NCBI GenBank assembly: GCA_020440025.1
Contig: JAGROX010000003.1
Location: forward strand, 6,069-70,068
DNA from: Verrucomicrobiia bacterium
GTDB lineage: Bacteria; Verrucomicrobiota; Verrucomicrobiia; Verrucomicrobiales; DEV007
Length of the DNA stretch: 64,000 nucleotides
Direction: 5' to 3'
A model generated the notes under the pieces. It was not told where the DNA came from, ran no database searches, and saw only the letters and a list, made by a program, of their open reading frames with translations. Below, one piece after another: positions 1-11,000 of this stretch. Every line of letters begins with the position of its first letter. The first letter of the stretch is position 1. A program made the translations under genes and the position numbers.

Positions 1-2162
1 AGTTCCGAAATGAAGAAGTTGTCGATCGGGTCAACACCACTGGCGCGGTTTGGATGGGGTTGACGTTGGGTTGCGCGCAATGTCACACGCACAAATTCGA
101 TCCCATCACCCAGAAGGAGTATTTCGAGATGTTCGCCTTTTTCAATCAGGGCGATGACGTCAACAACGTTGGCGCGACGGTGGAAGTCAGCGAGGGCGAG
201 ATGTTTCTTAGGGACCCCGATCCCAAACTGCTGGGGGCGTTGGATCAGGCCAAGGCCGCCCTTGCTGCGCTGGATCGCGACAAGGTGAAACGTCAGGAGG
301 CTTGGGAGAAATCCTTGATAGCCAATGACAACAAGGATGCCAATGCCCCGGGAGCTTCTTGGGCACGGGTGAAACCGACCAAACTTTCCGCCGAAGGTGG
401 CGCCAAGCTGGAACTCCAGAAGGGCGATTCGATCCTCGCCGGAGCCGGCGGCCCTCATGAAGTCTATCGAGTGGAACTGGCACCCGCTAAAGAAGCGATC
501 ACGGCGATTCGGCTGAAGCTGATTCCTCACGCGTCGCTGCCGAATCAAGGTCCCGGTCGAGCCGGAAACGGCAACATTGTCCTGACCCGGGTCGAGTTTT
601 TCCAAAATGGAAAACCGCTCACCGTGGCCAGGGCTCAGCACGATCACGCGCAACCAGGGTTTTCCGCCGCGTTCACCATTGATGGAAAAACCGACACCGG
701 TTGGGCGATCAATGTGGGGAAGGGGACGGCTCCCGGAGTGAAAATGAATGCCGAGCACGAAGCCCACTACGTGTTTGCCGAGCCGATTCTGGCCAGTGGG
801 GGACCGGTGGAGGTGGTGTTGAGGCACGAGGCCAATGCCAATTACAACATCGGGCATTTTGCCTTCGACGTTTCGCCCACGGCACCGGGCGCGGTGACGG
901 AAGAAAAACTGCTGACGACGCTCAAGATCGCCCCGGCGGATCGCAGCGATGCCGACAAGAAATTACTCACTGCAGAATTCGATAAAGCAGATTCGGAAAG
1001 ACGGGCGGCTGTTTCCAGGATCGCGGAGGCGCAGAAAGCAATTGGACTTGGAAGCTCGGTGAAAACGATGGTGATGCGTGATTTGGCGACTCCTCGGGAA
1101 AGCTTCATTCACATTCGGGGCGATTTTCTGCGCCACGATACCGAGACCGGTCCCCTGCGCCCCAATGTGCTGGCGGCGCTTCCCGCGATGCCTGACTCGG
1201 CGAAGGAAAAGGCTCTACCCAATCGGCTCGACTTGGCCCAGTGGCTGGTGCGGGCTGATCATCCGCTGACTCCGCGGGTCACGGCGAACCGGGTCTGGAT
1301 GCGCTACTTCGGCAAAGGCATCGTCGAAACCGAGAACGATTTTGGCACTCAAGGTTCGTTCCCCACACATCCGGAATTGCTCGACTGGCTCGCGCGATCT
1401 TTGATCGAAGGTGGGTGGTCGATGAAAGCCCTGCACAAGACCATCGTCACGTCGGCCACCTATCGACAGTCCTCGATGGCGCGTCCGGAACTCAACGACA
1501 TCGATCCGCTGAATCATCTGCTCTCGCGCCAGAATCGCATTCGGGTCGAGGCCGAGATCGTTCGCGATGCGGCGCTTTCTGCGAGCGGGCTTTTTACCGA
1601 GAAGATAGGCGGTCCCGGAGTGAAGCCTCCGCAACCCGAAGGCGTCTACGCCTTTACTCAGCGAAAAGTGAGCTGGGTGGCAGCCGAGGGACCGGATCGC
1701 TATCGGCGGGCGATGTACACCCAGTTTTATCGCAGTGCGCCCTATCCGCTGCTGACGACCTTTGATTCTCCGGATTTCCAAAGTGTTTGCACGGGGCGAG
1801 TGCGGTCAAACACCCCTCTGCAATCCCTGACTCTTGCCAACGACGAAGCGATGATCGAGTTGGCTCAGGGCTTAAGTGCCCGCTTGATGCAGGAAATCGG
1901 CGGAACCGATAGCGTGGCGAATCGGGAACGGATTCGGCGGGCCTTTGGCCATTGTTTTTCCAGAGAACCGAGTGAGGCGGAGGTAGAAGCCGTGGTCGCC
2001 TTTCAGGAAAAGCAGATGGCGGGCTTTGCTGCCGACGCGGAAGGAGCCAAGGCCGTGGCACCAGAGAAATGGGCAGAGGGCTTCGATGTTGCCGCGGCGG
2101 CCTCGTGGACTGCGGTGGCCCGGGCGCTGATGAACACCGACGAATTTATTACCAGAGAGTGA
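1..2162 (+). CDS. DUF1553/PSD1-type (PSCyt family) protein, 5' end cut by the window edge
   Basis: The reading frame is open from the window start (same frame as ORF 54..2162). It has a CAQCH motif followed by THKFDPITQKEYF..FAFFNQ. The middle looks discoidin-like (GNIVLTRVEF..IDGKTDTGWAI). The C-terminal block NRVWMRYFGKGIVETENDFGTQG..PTHPELLDWLA is typical of the planctomycete/verrucomicrobial DUF1549-DUF1553 family. Its usual DUF1501 partner follows directly. Confidence 0.8.
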   Translation, partial: FRNEEVVDRVNTTGAVWMGLTLGCAQCHTHKFDPITQKEYFEMFAFFNQGDDVNNVGATVEVSEGEMFLRDPDPKLLGALDQAKAALAALDRDKVKRQEAWEKSLIANDNKDANAPGASWARVKPTKLSAEGGAKLELQKGDSILAGAGGPHEVYRVELAPAKEAITAIRLKLIPHASLPNQGPGRAGNGNIVLTRVEFFQNGKPLTVARAQHDHAQPGFSAAFTIDGKTDTGWAINVGKGTAPGVKMNAEHEAHYVFAEPILASGGPVEVVLRHEANANYNIGHFAFDVSPTAPGAVTEEKLLTTLKIAPADRSDADKKLLTAEFDKADSERRAAVSRIAEAQKAIGLGSSVKTMVMRDLATPRESFIHIRGDFLRHDTETGPLRPNVLAALPAMPDSAKEKALPNRLDLAQWLVRADHPLTPRVTANRVWMRYFGKGIVETENDFGTQGSFPTHPELLDWLARSLIEGGWSMKALHKTIVTSATYRQSSMARPELNDIDPLNHLLSRQNRIRVEAEIVRDAALSASGLFTEKIGGPGVKPPQPEGVYAFTQRKVSWVAAEGPDRYRRAMYTQFYRSAPYPLLTTFDSPDFQSVCTGRVRSNTPLQSLTLANDEAMIELAQGLSARLMQEIGGTDSVANRERIRRAFGHCFSREPSEAEVEAVVAFQEKQMAGFAADAEGAKAVAPEKWAEGFDVAAAASWTAVARALMNTDEFITRE

Positions 2163-2176
2163 ACGCGAACACCCCC

Positions 2177-3619
<1,443 letters not shown>

Positions 3620-3634
3620 AGTATCCGGTGACTC

Positions 3635-6600
3635 CTACTTCTGCAGGTAGGCGATCAAATCTCGGACGCCGTCGGCATCCATGGTGGTCAACAGTCCCTC
3701 GGGCATGAGGGATTGGGTCAAGGTTTCGCGCTTGGCAATTTCTTCGACATTGATGATCTGTTCATCGGTGAGCGTCCGCAGGGTGACGGCGTATTCGTTT
3801 TCTCCCTTCACGTTGCCACTGACGATGCTGCCATCCTTTCGCGTGATGACGGTGAGCTGAAAGTCCTGCGGCAGGGTGGCGCTGGGATCGATGATATTCT
3901 CCAACAGGTAGTAGACCTCGCTCCGATTGGCACCGGTGAGATCCGGGCCGACGGCGCCGCCTTCACCGTGGAGGGTGTGGCAGGCCATGCAGAGTTGCTG
4001 AAATTTCAGGTGGCCGTTGGCGACATCAGCCTTGGCCAGGACATCGGGCAAGAGTTGATCCTGGTATTGTTTGATGAGTTGCTGTTTTTCCGACGATGAA
4101 GAGGAAGTCGATCCCCAGACCTTGGTGAGACGCTTCTTCAACTCATCGGCCTTACTACCCTTGAAACTGTGGATCTGTCTGGCGTGGTAGGCGGTCACTG
4201 CTGTTCTGGGAATGGCACCGGATTCCAGAGCGTCGAGAAGCTTGCTCGCCATTGGCGGGGAACCGACCAGCGCGGTGACGACGTGGGTGCGGTCTTCGGG
4301 AGAAAGTCCGTCGAATTTGGTGATCAATCCGTCGGCAACCTTGGAATCTCCGAAGGCTGCCAACGCTTGGATGGAGGCTGAGCCGAGATCCTTGTCAGAT
4401 GTCAGCGTGAGGATCACTGGAATCGAATCCCGATCCCGAGCCCCGCCAAGCAGCGCCAGGTAATCGGCGTGGAAGGGGAGCCGGTTTTTTTTTTGCAGCG
4501 ATTCGCGCATGGCTGCGAGGGTGGCGTCGCGATCAAAGATCAGGCCAATCTCGGCGGCGAGGGCGGGAAGCTCTTTCTCGGAAGGATCAATGATGGCGGC
4601 GTGGCTGGCCAAAGCGGGCCAGTTGACGGGAGCAGCGATTTCTTTTTTTCCGGCGAACCCGTCAGCCAATCCGTGGAGAATCGCAGCGGCCGAATCGGGT
4701 TCAAAATCTTTCACCAAGTGAGCCAGCATCTGATCTACGGCGGCCATGTCTCCTGCTTCGGCGAGGCGACGGGCGATGTGGTTCTGCAAGATGGTGAGTT
4801 TGGTCTCTGCCAGAATCGCGATGGCCTTGTCTGGATCTTCGGCGACGTGATCCTTGATCCCGAACCAGATCATCAGGGGCAGATTGTGATCATCGGCGAT
4901 GGCGGGATCACTGGCGAGCTGGCGGGCGACGCGCCAACCGAGCCCCTCGAAGTGAGCGCGCTGCATGAGTGATGCCCAGGCCAATCTCACTTGGAGCGAC
5001 GGATCTTTTGGGTTGAAGGCGATCTGAATGCTTTCGTCGTCGGCGTATTCGGATTCGGTGCAAATGCGGACCGCCCAGGTGCGAATGGTCTCGCTCTCAT
5101 CATGAACCAGATCATTGAGCGAGTCGTGGGGCAGGGTGCCGGTGGCGTGAAGAGTCAGCAGCAGGCGGAGTCGAGTCTCGTCCTTGGGATGCACGGCAAA
5201 CACTTTGCGCATGATTTCCTTGAAGCCTTCGGGGTTCTCGATCTTTCCCTCTTTGGCGCGCTGTTGAAGAATGTGGCGTGACATCCGCGCATACCATTCG
5301 TTGCCATGCAGCTGGTATTCGATCAGTTGATCCTGCGAAGCGTGGTAGAGATCGGTTTCCGGTTTCGGTGACGGCTTGTCGTAGATGATTTTGTAAATGC
5401 GTCCCGAACTGCGATGCACCCCGTCGTTGTCGTGGCACTCGCCCAGATCGGTCCAGTCGCTGAGGTAGGCATCGCCATCTGGTCCGTAGATCACCTGTAC
5501 GCCGCGAAACCACGGGCTCTCCACCTGGAGGAAATCGTCCCCATGTTTGGCGACATAGCCTGAGCCCTCGCGTTCCAGGCTGTCCATGTTGAGGCGTCGA
5601 CCGTGGGTGTTGCTCATGAACATCTTTCCGTGATAGGTCTCGGGCCACTTGCCGCCGAGATAGATCATGCCACCGCAGTGGGAGTGACCGCCGCCGAGTT
5701 GACCGTGGACGCCTTTTCCGTCGCGGGTTTTGGTCCAGTCATTGGTGGTGCCAGCGTGATGCAGGTGATCGGCGCACATGCCAATGCGATCGTAGACATG
5801 GGCGACGAACGGATCATTGCGATTCCCCATGCGCGGGTAGAAGGCACCGGGAATTCCGTGCCAGAGGTGACCGTTGACGTTGTTGGTGAAAAACATTTCC
5901 CCCTTCTCGTTCCAGTCGAGTCCCCAGGGATTGGTGGTCCCTCGGCAGACGATTTCGAACTCCTTGGTGTAGGGATGATAGCGCCAGATCGAGCAGTCGA
6001 ATTGGGTGCGCTCCTCATCGGGAGTGCCGGGTGCCCCGACGTTTGATGGCGAAGTAATCCCGTGCCGACCGTAGAGCCAGCCATCGATGCCGATGGTGAG
6101 GCCGTTGAAAAAATTGTGCTTCGCGGTCGTGGTCCATCCATCGAGAACGATCTCGGGCTCGCCATCGGGGACGTCGTCGCGGTCGCGGTCAGGGATGAAA
6201 AGCAGGTTGGGCGAATCGCAGACCCAGACGCCGCCCCAGCCAACGGTCATCCCGGACACATGATTCCCGCCGGTCCAGAAAACCTTTCGAGTGTCGTGCT
6301 TGCCGTCGTTGTCGGTGTCCTCGAACACGATGATGCGATCCTCGTGCTTCTCCTCCCACTCATAGTAGGAGTAGGACTCTGCGACCCAGAGTCGACCGCG
6401 ATCATCCGTGGCCATGGCGACCGGTTGACGCACGTCGGGTTCTCCGGCGAAAAGAGTGACCTGAAATCCTTCGGGAACCGTAATGCCCGCGACCGTCTCT
6501 TCGGGAGTCGGTGGTTCTTCGCCCGGCTTTTGGGAATTGCGCGGCTGATAGGTGTCAGTAATGTCGGCAGCAATCGTTGTGAGGAGAGAGAGCGATAAAA

Positions 6601-6649
6601 CGGCGGGGATGACGACGCGCAGGGAGAAATATGGCTGAAGAGACATCAT
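3635..6649 (-). CDS. PVC-type membrane-bound dehydrogenase-like / HEAT-repeat / haem-binding (CxxCH) protein
   Basis: 1004 aa with an N-terminal hydrophobic anchor. The N-terminal region is propeller-like (VAMATDDRGRLWVAE, DNDGKHD). The middle is helical and HEAT-like. The C-terminal cytochrome c module has CMACH (nt 3977..3991), then GPDLTG and a later M ligand region (LMPEGLL). Confidence 0.8.
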   Translation of the reverse strand: MMSLQPYFSLRVVIPAVLSLSLLTTIAADITDTYQPRNSQKPGEEPPTPEETVAGITVPEGFQVTLFAGEPDVRQPVAMATDDRGRLWVAESYSYYEWEEKHEDRIIVFEDTDNDGKHDTRKVFWTGGNHVSGMTVGWGGVWVCDSPNLLFIPDRDRDDVPDGEPEIVLDGWTTTAKHNFFNGLTIGIDGWLYGRHGITSPSNVGAPGTPDEERTQFDCSIWRYHPYTKEFEIVCRGTTNPWGLDWNEKGEMFFTNNVNGHLWHGIPGAFYPRMGNRNDPFVAHVYDRIGMCADHLHHAGTTNDWTKTRDGKGVHGQLGGGHSHCGGMIYLGGKWPETYHGKMFMSNTHGRRLNMDSLEREGSGYVAKHGDDFLQVESPWFRGVQVIYGPDGDAYLSDWTDLGECHDNDGVHRSSGRIYKIIYDKPSPKPETDLYHASQDQLIEYQLHGNEWYARMSRHILQQRAKEGKIENPEGFKEIMRKVFAVHPKDETRLRLLLTLHATGTLPHDSLNDLVHDESETIRTWAVRICTESEYADDESIQIAFNPKDPSLQVRLAWASLMQRAHFEGLGWRVARQLASDPAIADDHNLPLMIWFGIKDHVAEDPDKAIAILAETKLTILQNHIARRLAEAGDMAAVDQMLAHLVKDFEPDSAAAILHGLADGFAGKKEIAAPVNWPALASHAAIIDPSEKELPALAAEIGLIFDRDATLAAMRESLQKKNRLPFHADYLALLGGARDRDSIPVILTLTSDKDLGSASIQALAAFGDSKVADGLITKFDGLSPEDRTHVVTALVGSPPMASKLLDALESGAIPRTAVTAYHARQIHSFKGSKADELKKRLTKVWGSTSSSSSEKQQLIKQYQDQLLPDVLAKADVANGHLKFQQLCMACHTLHGEGGAVGPDLTGANRSEVYYLLENIIDPSATLPQDFQLTVITRKDGSIVSGNVKGENEYAVTLRTLTDEQIINVEEIAKRETLTQSLMPEGLLTTMDADGVRDLIAYLQK

Positions 6650-6725
6650 GAGGACGGGAGTCTACGGATCGAGGTGGACGAAATGAAGTCCGCTTTCGCG
6701 GGTGGTGGCGATTTTTGCCGGCGGT

Positions 6726-7988
6726 TCAGAAACGCCAGACTACGCCCCCACGAATGCTCCAGTCCGGGCTTGCCGGGGTCAATCCCATTCCGGCGCCGGC
6801 TCGGAGAGTGACGTGGTGATTGGGAATCACAAAGGCTCCGAGACTGATCTCATGGTAGCCGTCGGCAGAAAAATCGCCCATAGCCTCGACGCTGACTGAC
6901 ACTGCATGAGTCAGAGTGTGGCGCAGGCCGGCGGCATATCCCCAGGCGGCGGTGCCGTCGTCCGGCAGGACGTTGATCAGATTCACAACGAGTTTGTCAT
7001 TGTCTCCCAAGTCGGTCTCCATGATGAAGCGACCGATGAATGCGTCTTGGCCGTGAACGTGGATGGTGCCCTCGTGATTGTGGTGTCCGTTTCCCTTCCC
7101 ATGATCATGTCCGCTGTCCTCCTCGTCATTCGTGTGGGAATGGGTGCCGTCCGTGTGATCGTGTTTGTCGTTGCTGCTGTGGGAATGACTCGCGCCGCTG
7201 GTATCAGTGTGGCCGGCGCCGTTGTGTGAGTGGTCGTGGCCATCGCCCGCGCCGCTATTGCCACCGCCGCTGGTGCCTCCACCCGTGCCGCTTGGATCGG
7301 GACAAGGCGGAGCGTCCGGTCCGAGATCGGGACAGGAACTAGTAGTCGTGGTCGCGGTCGCGGTGGTGCTACCGGAACCGTAGTCGGCCGGCGCCGCGCC
7401 GACCATAGGTTCGGAGGAGGGAGCAGGTGCGGAGCCAGACGTCAGTTCTGGCGAACCGCCGAGCAGCGCCGATACGGCATGGGCGATGCCGCCCCCGTTG
7501 CTGGAAGAGGTCGAGGAATTCGCGGGACGACTGGATCGGTTGGAGGAGGTTGGTCGAGAGGATTTGGTTCGGCTGCCGCTTCCCGAGTTGGAGGATGAGG
7601 TGCTGGTCACGATTCTTTGATTTTCATACTCCCGGGCGAATTCGTATCCTGCGGAGATGGCGAATCGAATGGGGAAGTTGGAATCGGGTGGCGACAGTTG
7701 AATGTGAATAGCCGGTGTCACTGATTCATAGGCCCAATTCATGCCTGTCTGATCGGTGAAACCAACCGAGACCCCGAGCGCCACCCGCGGTAGCACACCG
7801 ATGAGAATCTCCGGCTCGATGCCGAACTCGTAGTCAGTGCCGGATTGAGAATACTCCATGTTGGTGATCAGCACGCCATCGTATAACCCCGGCAGGTAGT
7901 AATCTTGAACCATGAGGAAATCCCTTCCGTGGTGAGCGGCGACAAGAGACGGGAACATCAGGCAAGCCAAGAAAATCAGGCGTTTCAT
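6726..7988 (-). CDS. Secreted beta-barrel-like protein with a Ser/Gly/Thr-rich and extremely His/Asp-rich internal insert
   Basis: I chose the ATG at 7988, which gives the signal peptide MKRLIFLACLMFPSLVAA. The longer ORF start at 8231 would overlap the upstream gene. The N- and C-terminal parts have alternating hydrophobic strands and a terminal ...GGVVWRF, which looks like an OMP. The insert at 7050..7610 includes GHDHSHNGAGHTDTSGASHSHSSNDKHDHTDGTHSHTNDEEDSGHDHGKGNGHHNHEGTIHVHG. Confidence 0.6.
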   Translation of the reverse strand: MKRLIFLACLMFPSLVAAHHGRDFLMVQDYYLPGLYDGVLITNMEYSQSGTDYEFGIEPEILIGVLPRVALGVSVGFTDQTGMNWAYESVTPAIHIQLSPPDSNFPIRFAISAGYEFAREYENQRIVTSTSSSNSGSGSRTKSSRPTSSNRSSRPANSSTSSSNGGGIAHAVSALLGGSPELTSGSAPAPSSEPMVGAAPADYGSGSTTATATTTTSSCPDLGPDAPPCPDPSGTGGGTSGGGNSGAGDGHDHSHNGAGHTDTSGASHSHSSNDKHDHTDGTHSHTNDEEDSGHDHGKGNGHHNHEGTIHVHGQDAFIGRFIMETDLGDNDKLVVNLINVLPDDGTAAWGYAAGLRHTLTHAVSVSVEAMGDFSADGYHEISLGAFVIPNHHVTLRAGAGMGLTPASPDWSIRGGVVWRF

Positions 7989-8083
7989 GGTGTCGGAAGA
8001 GGTCAAAAGAAATGGAAGAAAATGGGGAGAAGCGGAGCCGACCGGGATGATCAGCTCCGCCAAGAAGTTGGGCCCCCAAGGAA

Positions 8084-11000
8084 TCAAGGGGCCAGTGGCT
8101 CGAGCAACACGTTGCCCGAGAGAATGGGGGAATTCCTCAGACTGGTAGCTGACGAAGTCGGGGAGGGTAGCTGCGGCATCAAGAAGAATCCGTAGAGTTT
8201 CGGTCCGTTTCCGTCGTCGACGATCACACATTCGAACGGCACCGTTCTCGTCAATTCCGTCTCGGGATTCAGTGGGTTCGGGTCTAGTAGTTTGAACTGG
8301 CCGAAGCAGATGCCCGCGCGCGCGTTACGGGCCGCCCGGAAGGGCAGCGAGCTTCGTATCACGAGACTGACACTCCCGGGATTCGGGGAGATGACATTGA
8401 CCGCTTTCCTTTCGCCAGCCACCACCTCGACGGTGACGTCGAGTCGTGTACCAGGATCTACTAGCCCACCGTCGGCGAAACTCAGTAGCGCATTGCCCGC
8501 AGGATTCTCCATCAGGCCAAGCGCGTCGAGCGGAGAAAGCGAAGGATCGTAGCTGCGCCCGGTAACCTCCAGCAACAGCGGGCCGAACCCATCGCGATAG
8601 ACCCGATCTCGCGAGCCGGCGGGGCGGGCATTTTTGAACCAATCGAAGGCCGACAGTCTCAGGTCACCGTCATCCTGCACTTGGAAGGCACCCAGAAGCG
8701 ATCCTTTGCCGCCGTAGAGGAGACGACAGACATCGACGTAGCCATCCACATTCAGCGGACCAGAGTAGCTGACCAGAGTGCGGTCGGCGAGCCTGATGGT
8801 TCCGCGGGCGAGACCACGCGACGTGATTCGCATTGCGCCGATGGAGTATCCTTGGGGCACGCCGTCGTTGCCTGCCATGGAGGGATCGGGAAGCAGAGCA
8901 AAGGTGTAGCCACCTTCGAAGGCCGTCGAATCGGCGATTGGCTGCCGTGCGGCGAATGGGAGCGAGCTACGTCCGTCCGACACGTTGCCGGAGATCACGC
9001 CGCTGTTGCCCTGGATGGTAAAGGACACGTCCACTGGCGGGCGGCCGCGCCGGACGATGGTGAAGTCTCCCGTGGGAGAGTCGCCACCTTGTGGAAGGTC
9101 GAGACTGCCGCGGGTCCGGTGGATCGATTGGCCCAATTTCAGCATCACCGAGAATGCACCACTGGGTGTGGTGCGGATAGCGATGGTGCCCCCGAGCTGA
9201 TTGTTGAGCAACGGCGACCGCTCGATGATGCCAGCGAAAGAGCCGACCGAGTTGTCGGGCATCGGGTCGACCGCGAGTTGAAACGTCATCGGCGCGCTGC
9301 GTCCGGCCGCGTTGATCGCGAAGACCTGAATCTCGAAATCACCGGAGACGGCTGGAATGCCGAAGATTTCTCCAGTTCGTCGATTGTAACCCAGACCGCG
9401 TGGTAGGCCGCGAATGACGTAGCGGCCGTAGGGCAATTCATCGAGCGCGAAACTTCCCCTCTGTCCGACAGTGAATTCTGCGGGAAGTCCGGGATCGAGG
9501 ATTTCAGGTGCGCTGACGACGATGAGCGTTGCCGGATTACTGTGCAACGAACCGGCAGAATTGCGAACCTCGGCCACGTACTCCCCGGCGTCGCCTGGCA
9601 TCGCGGGAGAAACCACCAGCAGGGGACGGGTCGCTCCGGGAATCGGCGATCCGTTGTGCATCCACTGAATCGCGACTTCGGGACCGCTTGCGCCCACAAG
9701 GAATCGAGCGGTGCGCCCTTCAACCACCATCTGGTTGCGAGGCTGACGAGTCAGGTTGGGCGCTACCCAGCGAGCTGGTGAGGTGCTCCAGGAGAAGGCG
9801 AAGCCTTGGCGGTCAGCGTCGGTCGCGGGCGCATTGCTGCCCAACGCCATGGTGTAGTAACCGGGCTCGAGCGTCCAGGATCGAGTGATCATTTCCGCAG
9901 AAGAATTGTCACAGTGGTCGAGGTAGTCGAGATCCTCAGCCCAAGCCACGTTGCCGCGATTGTTGTAGGTGTGGCTGTCGCCGCCGTCGTTGTCCCAGCC
10001 TTTCCAGAGAGTTAGGGAGGGATACATGGAAGCGGTGCTGGCCTTGCGCTCGGGATCCGAGCCGCTCGGCCAAGGCACGTTGGCGTCCCGGGACATTTCG
10101 ATATCGAGCGTTAAGGGTTCAGTCACGTGCAGGGCCACCCAGCGAGACGTATGGGTCCAACCGACCGGTGGCTCGCCTTCCCCAAAGAGAGCGTTGTCCT
10201 CCCAACTCCATGCGCCGACGTGATCCGTGAGGCTGCCAGTGTCGCCGGAGCCCACGCTGATGGTCCAGGAATAGCCGATTCCGCCCGCCGCGGGGTCTTC
10301 CTGTCTCACCGGTTCGAAAGCATTGGCGGCATAGGTCAAGAGATAGCCCTGTCGGTTCGGGTTGTTCGAGGTAGCATTGCTGCCGAGCGCCAAGGTGTAG
10401 TTGCCTGCCGGCAGATGCCAGGTGCGGGTGATGGATTCCTCGGTGGAATTGTCGAGGTGATCAAGGTATCGCAAATCCTCAGCCCAGGCCACGTTGCCGC
10501 GATTGTTATAGGTGTGGCTGTCGCCGCCATCGTTGTCCCAGCTGCGGTAGAGCGTCAGCGAGGGATACATCGAGCTGGTGTCGGCCTTGCGATCGGGATC
10601 GGCCTGACTCGGCCAAGGCACATTGGCGTCGCGTGCCATGGTGATGGTGACGTAGCTTTCCTCCTCCACGTTGAGTGCCATCCAGTTTGAAGTATGGGTC
10701 CAGCCCACTGTCGGCTCGCCGGGAGAGAAGAGGGCATTGTCTTCCCAGCTCCAGGCTCCGACGTGTGAGGAAAACGATCCTGTGTCGCCATTCGCCACGG
10801 TTACGGTGTGGGCATAGCTGACACCACCTGCCGTTGCCAGTGGGTCTCCCTCGAATTCGGGTTGTGTGGTATAGGCAAAGCGGAGTCCCTGGCGAAGGGG
10901 GTTGTTTGCGGGTGCGTTGCTGCCAAGCGCCAGCGAGTAGTCGCCCGCTCGCAGGAACCAGGTGCGGGTGATGGTCTCTTGGGTGGAGTTGTCGACATGG

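Noticed and set aside
6726-8231. Longest-ORF N-terminal extensions in the ORF track: 6726..8231, 12068..16546, 45793..47013, 58776..59945, 62555..63439, 63339..63875, 2069.., 25650.., 34792.., 36570.. and 39481...
   Set aside because: The extensions are Arg/Pro-rich, overlap the neighbouring gene, or precede an internal Met that gives a clean signal peptide, TM helix or prepilin leader. I therefore used the internal starts 7988, 16447, 46938, 59714, 63280, 63737, 2177, 25734, 34996, 36771 and 39532.
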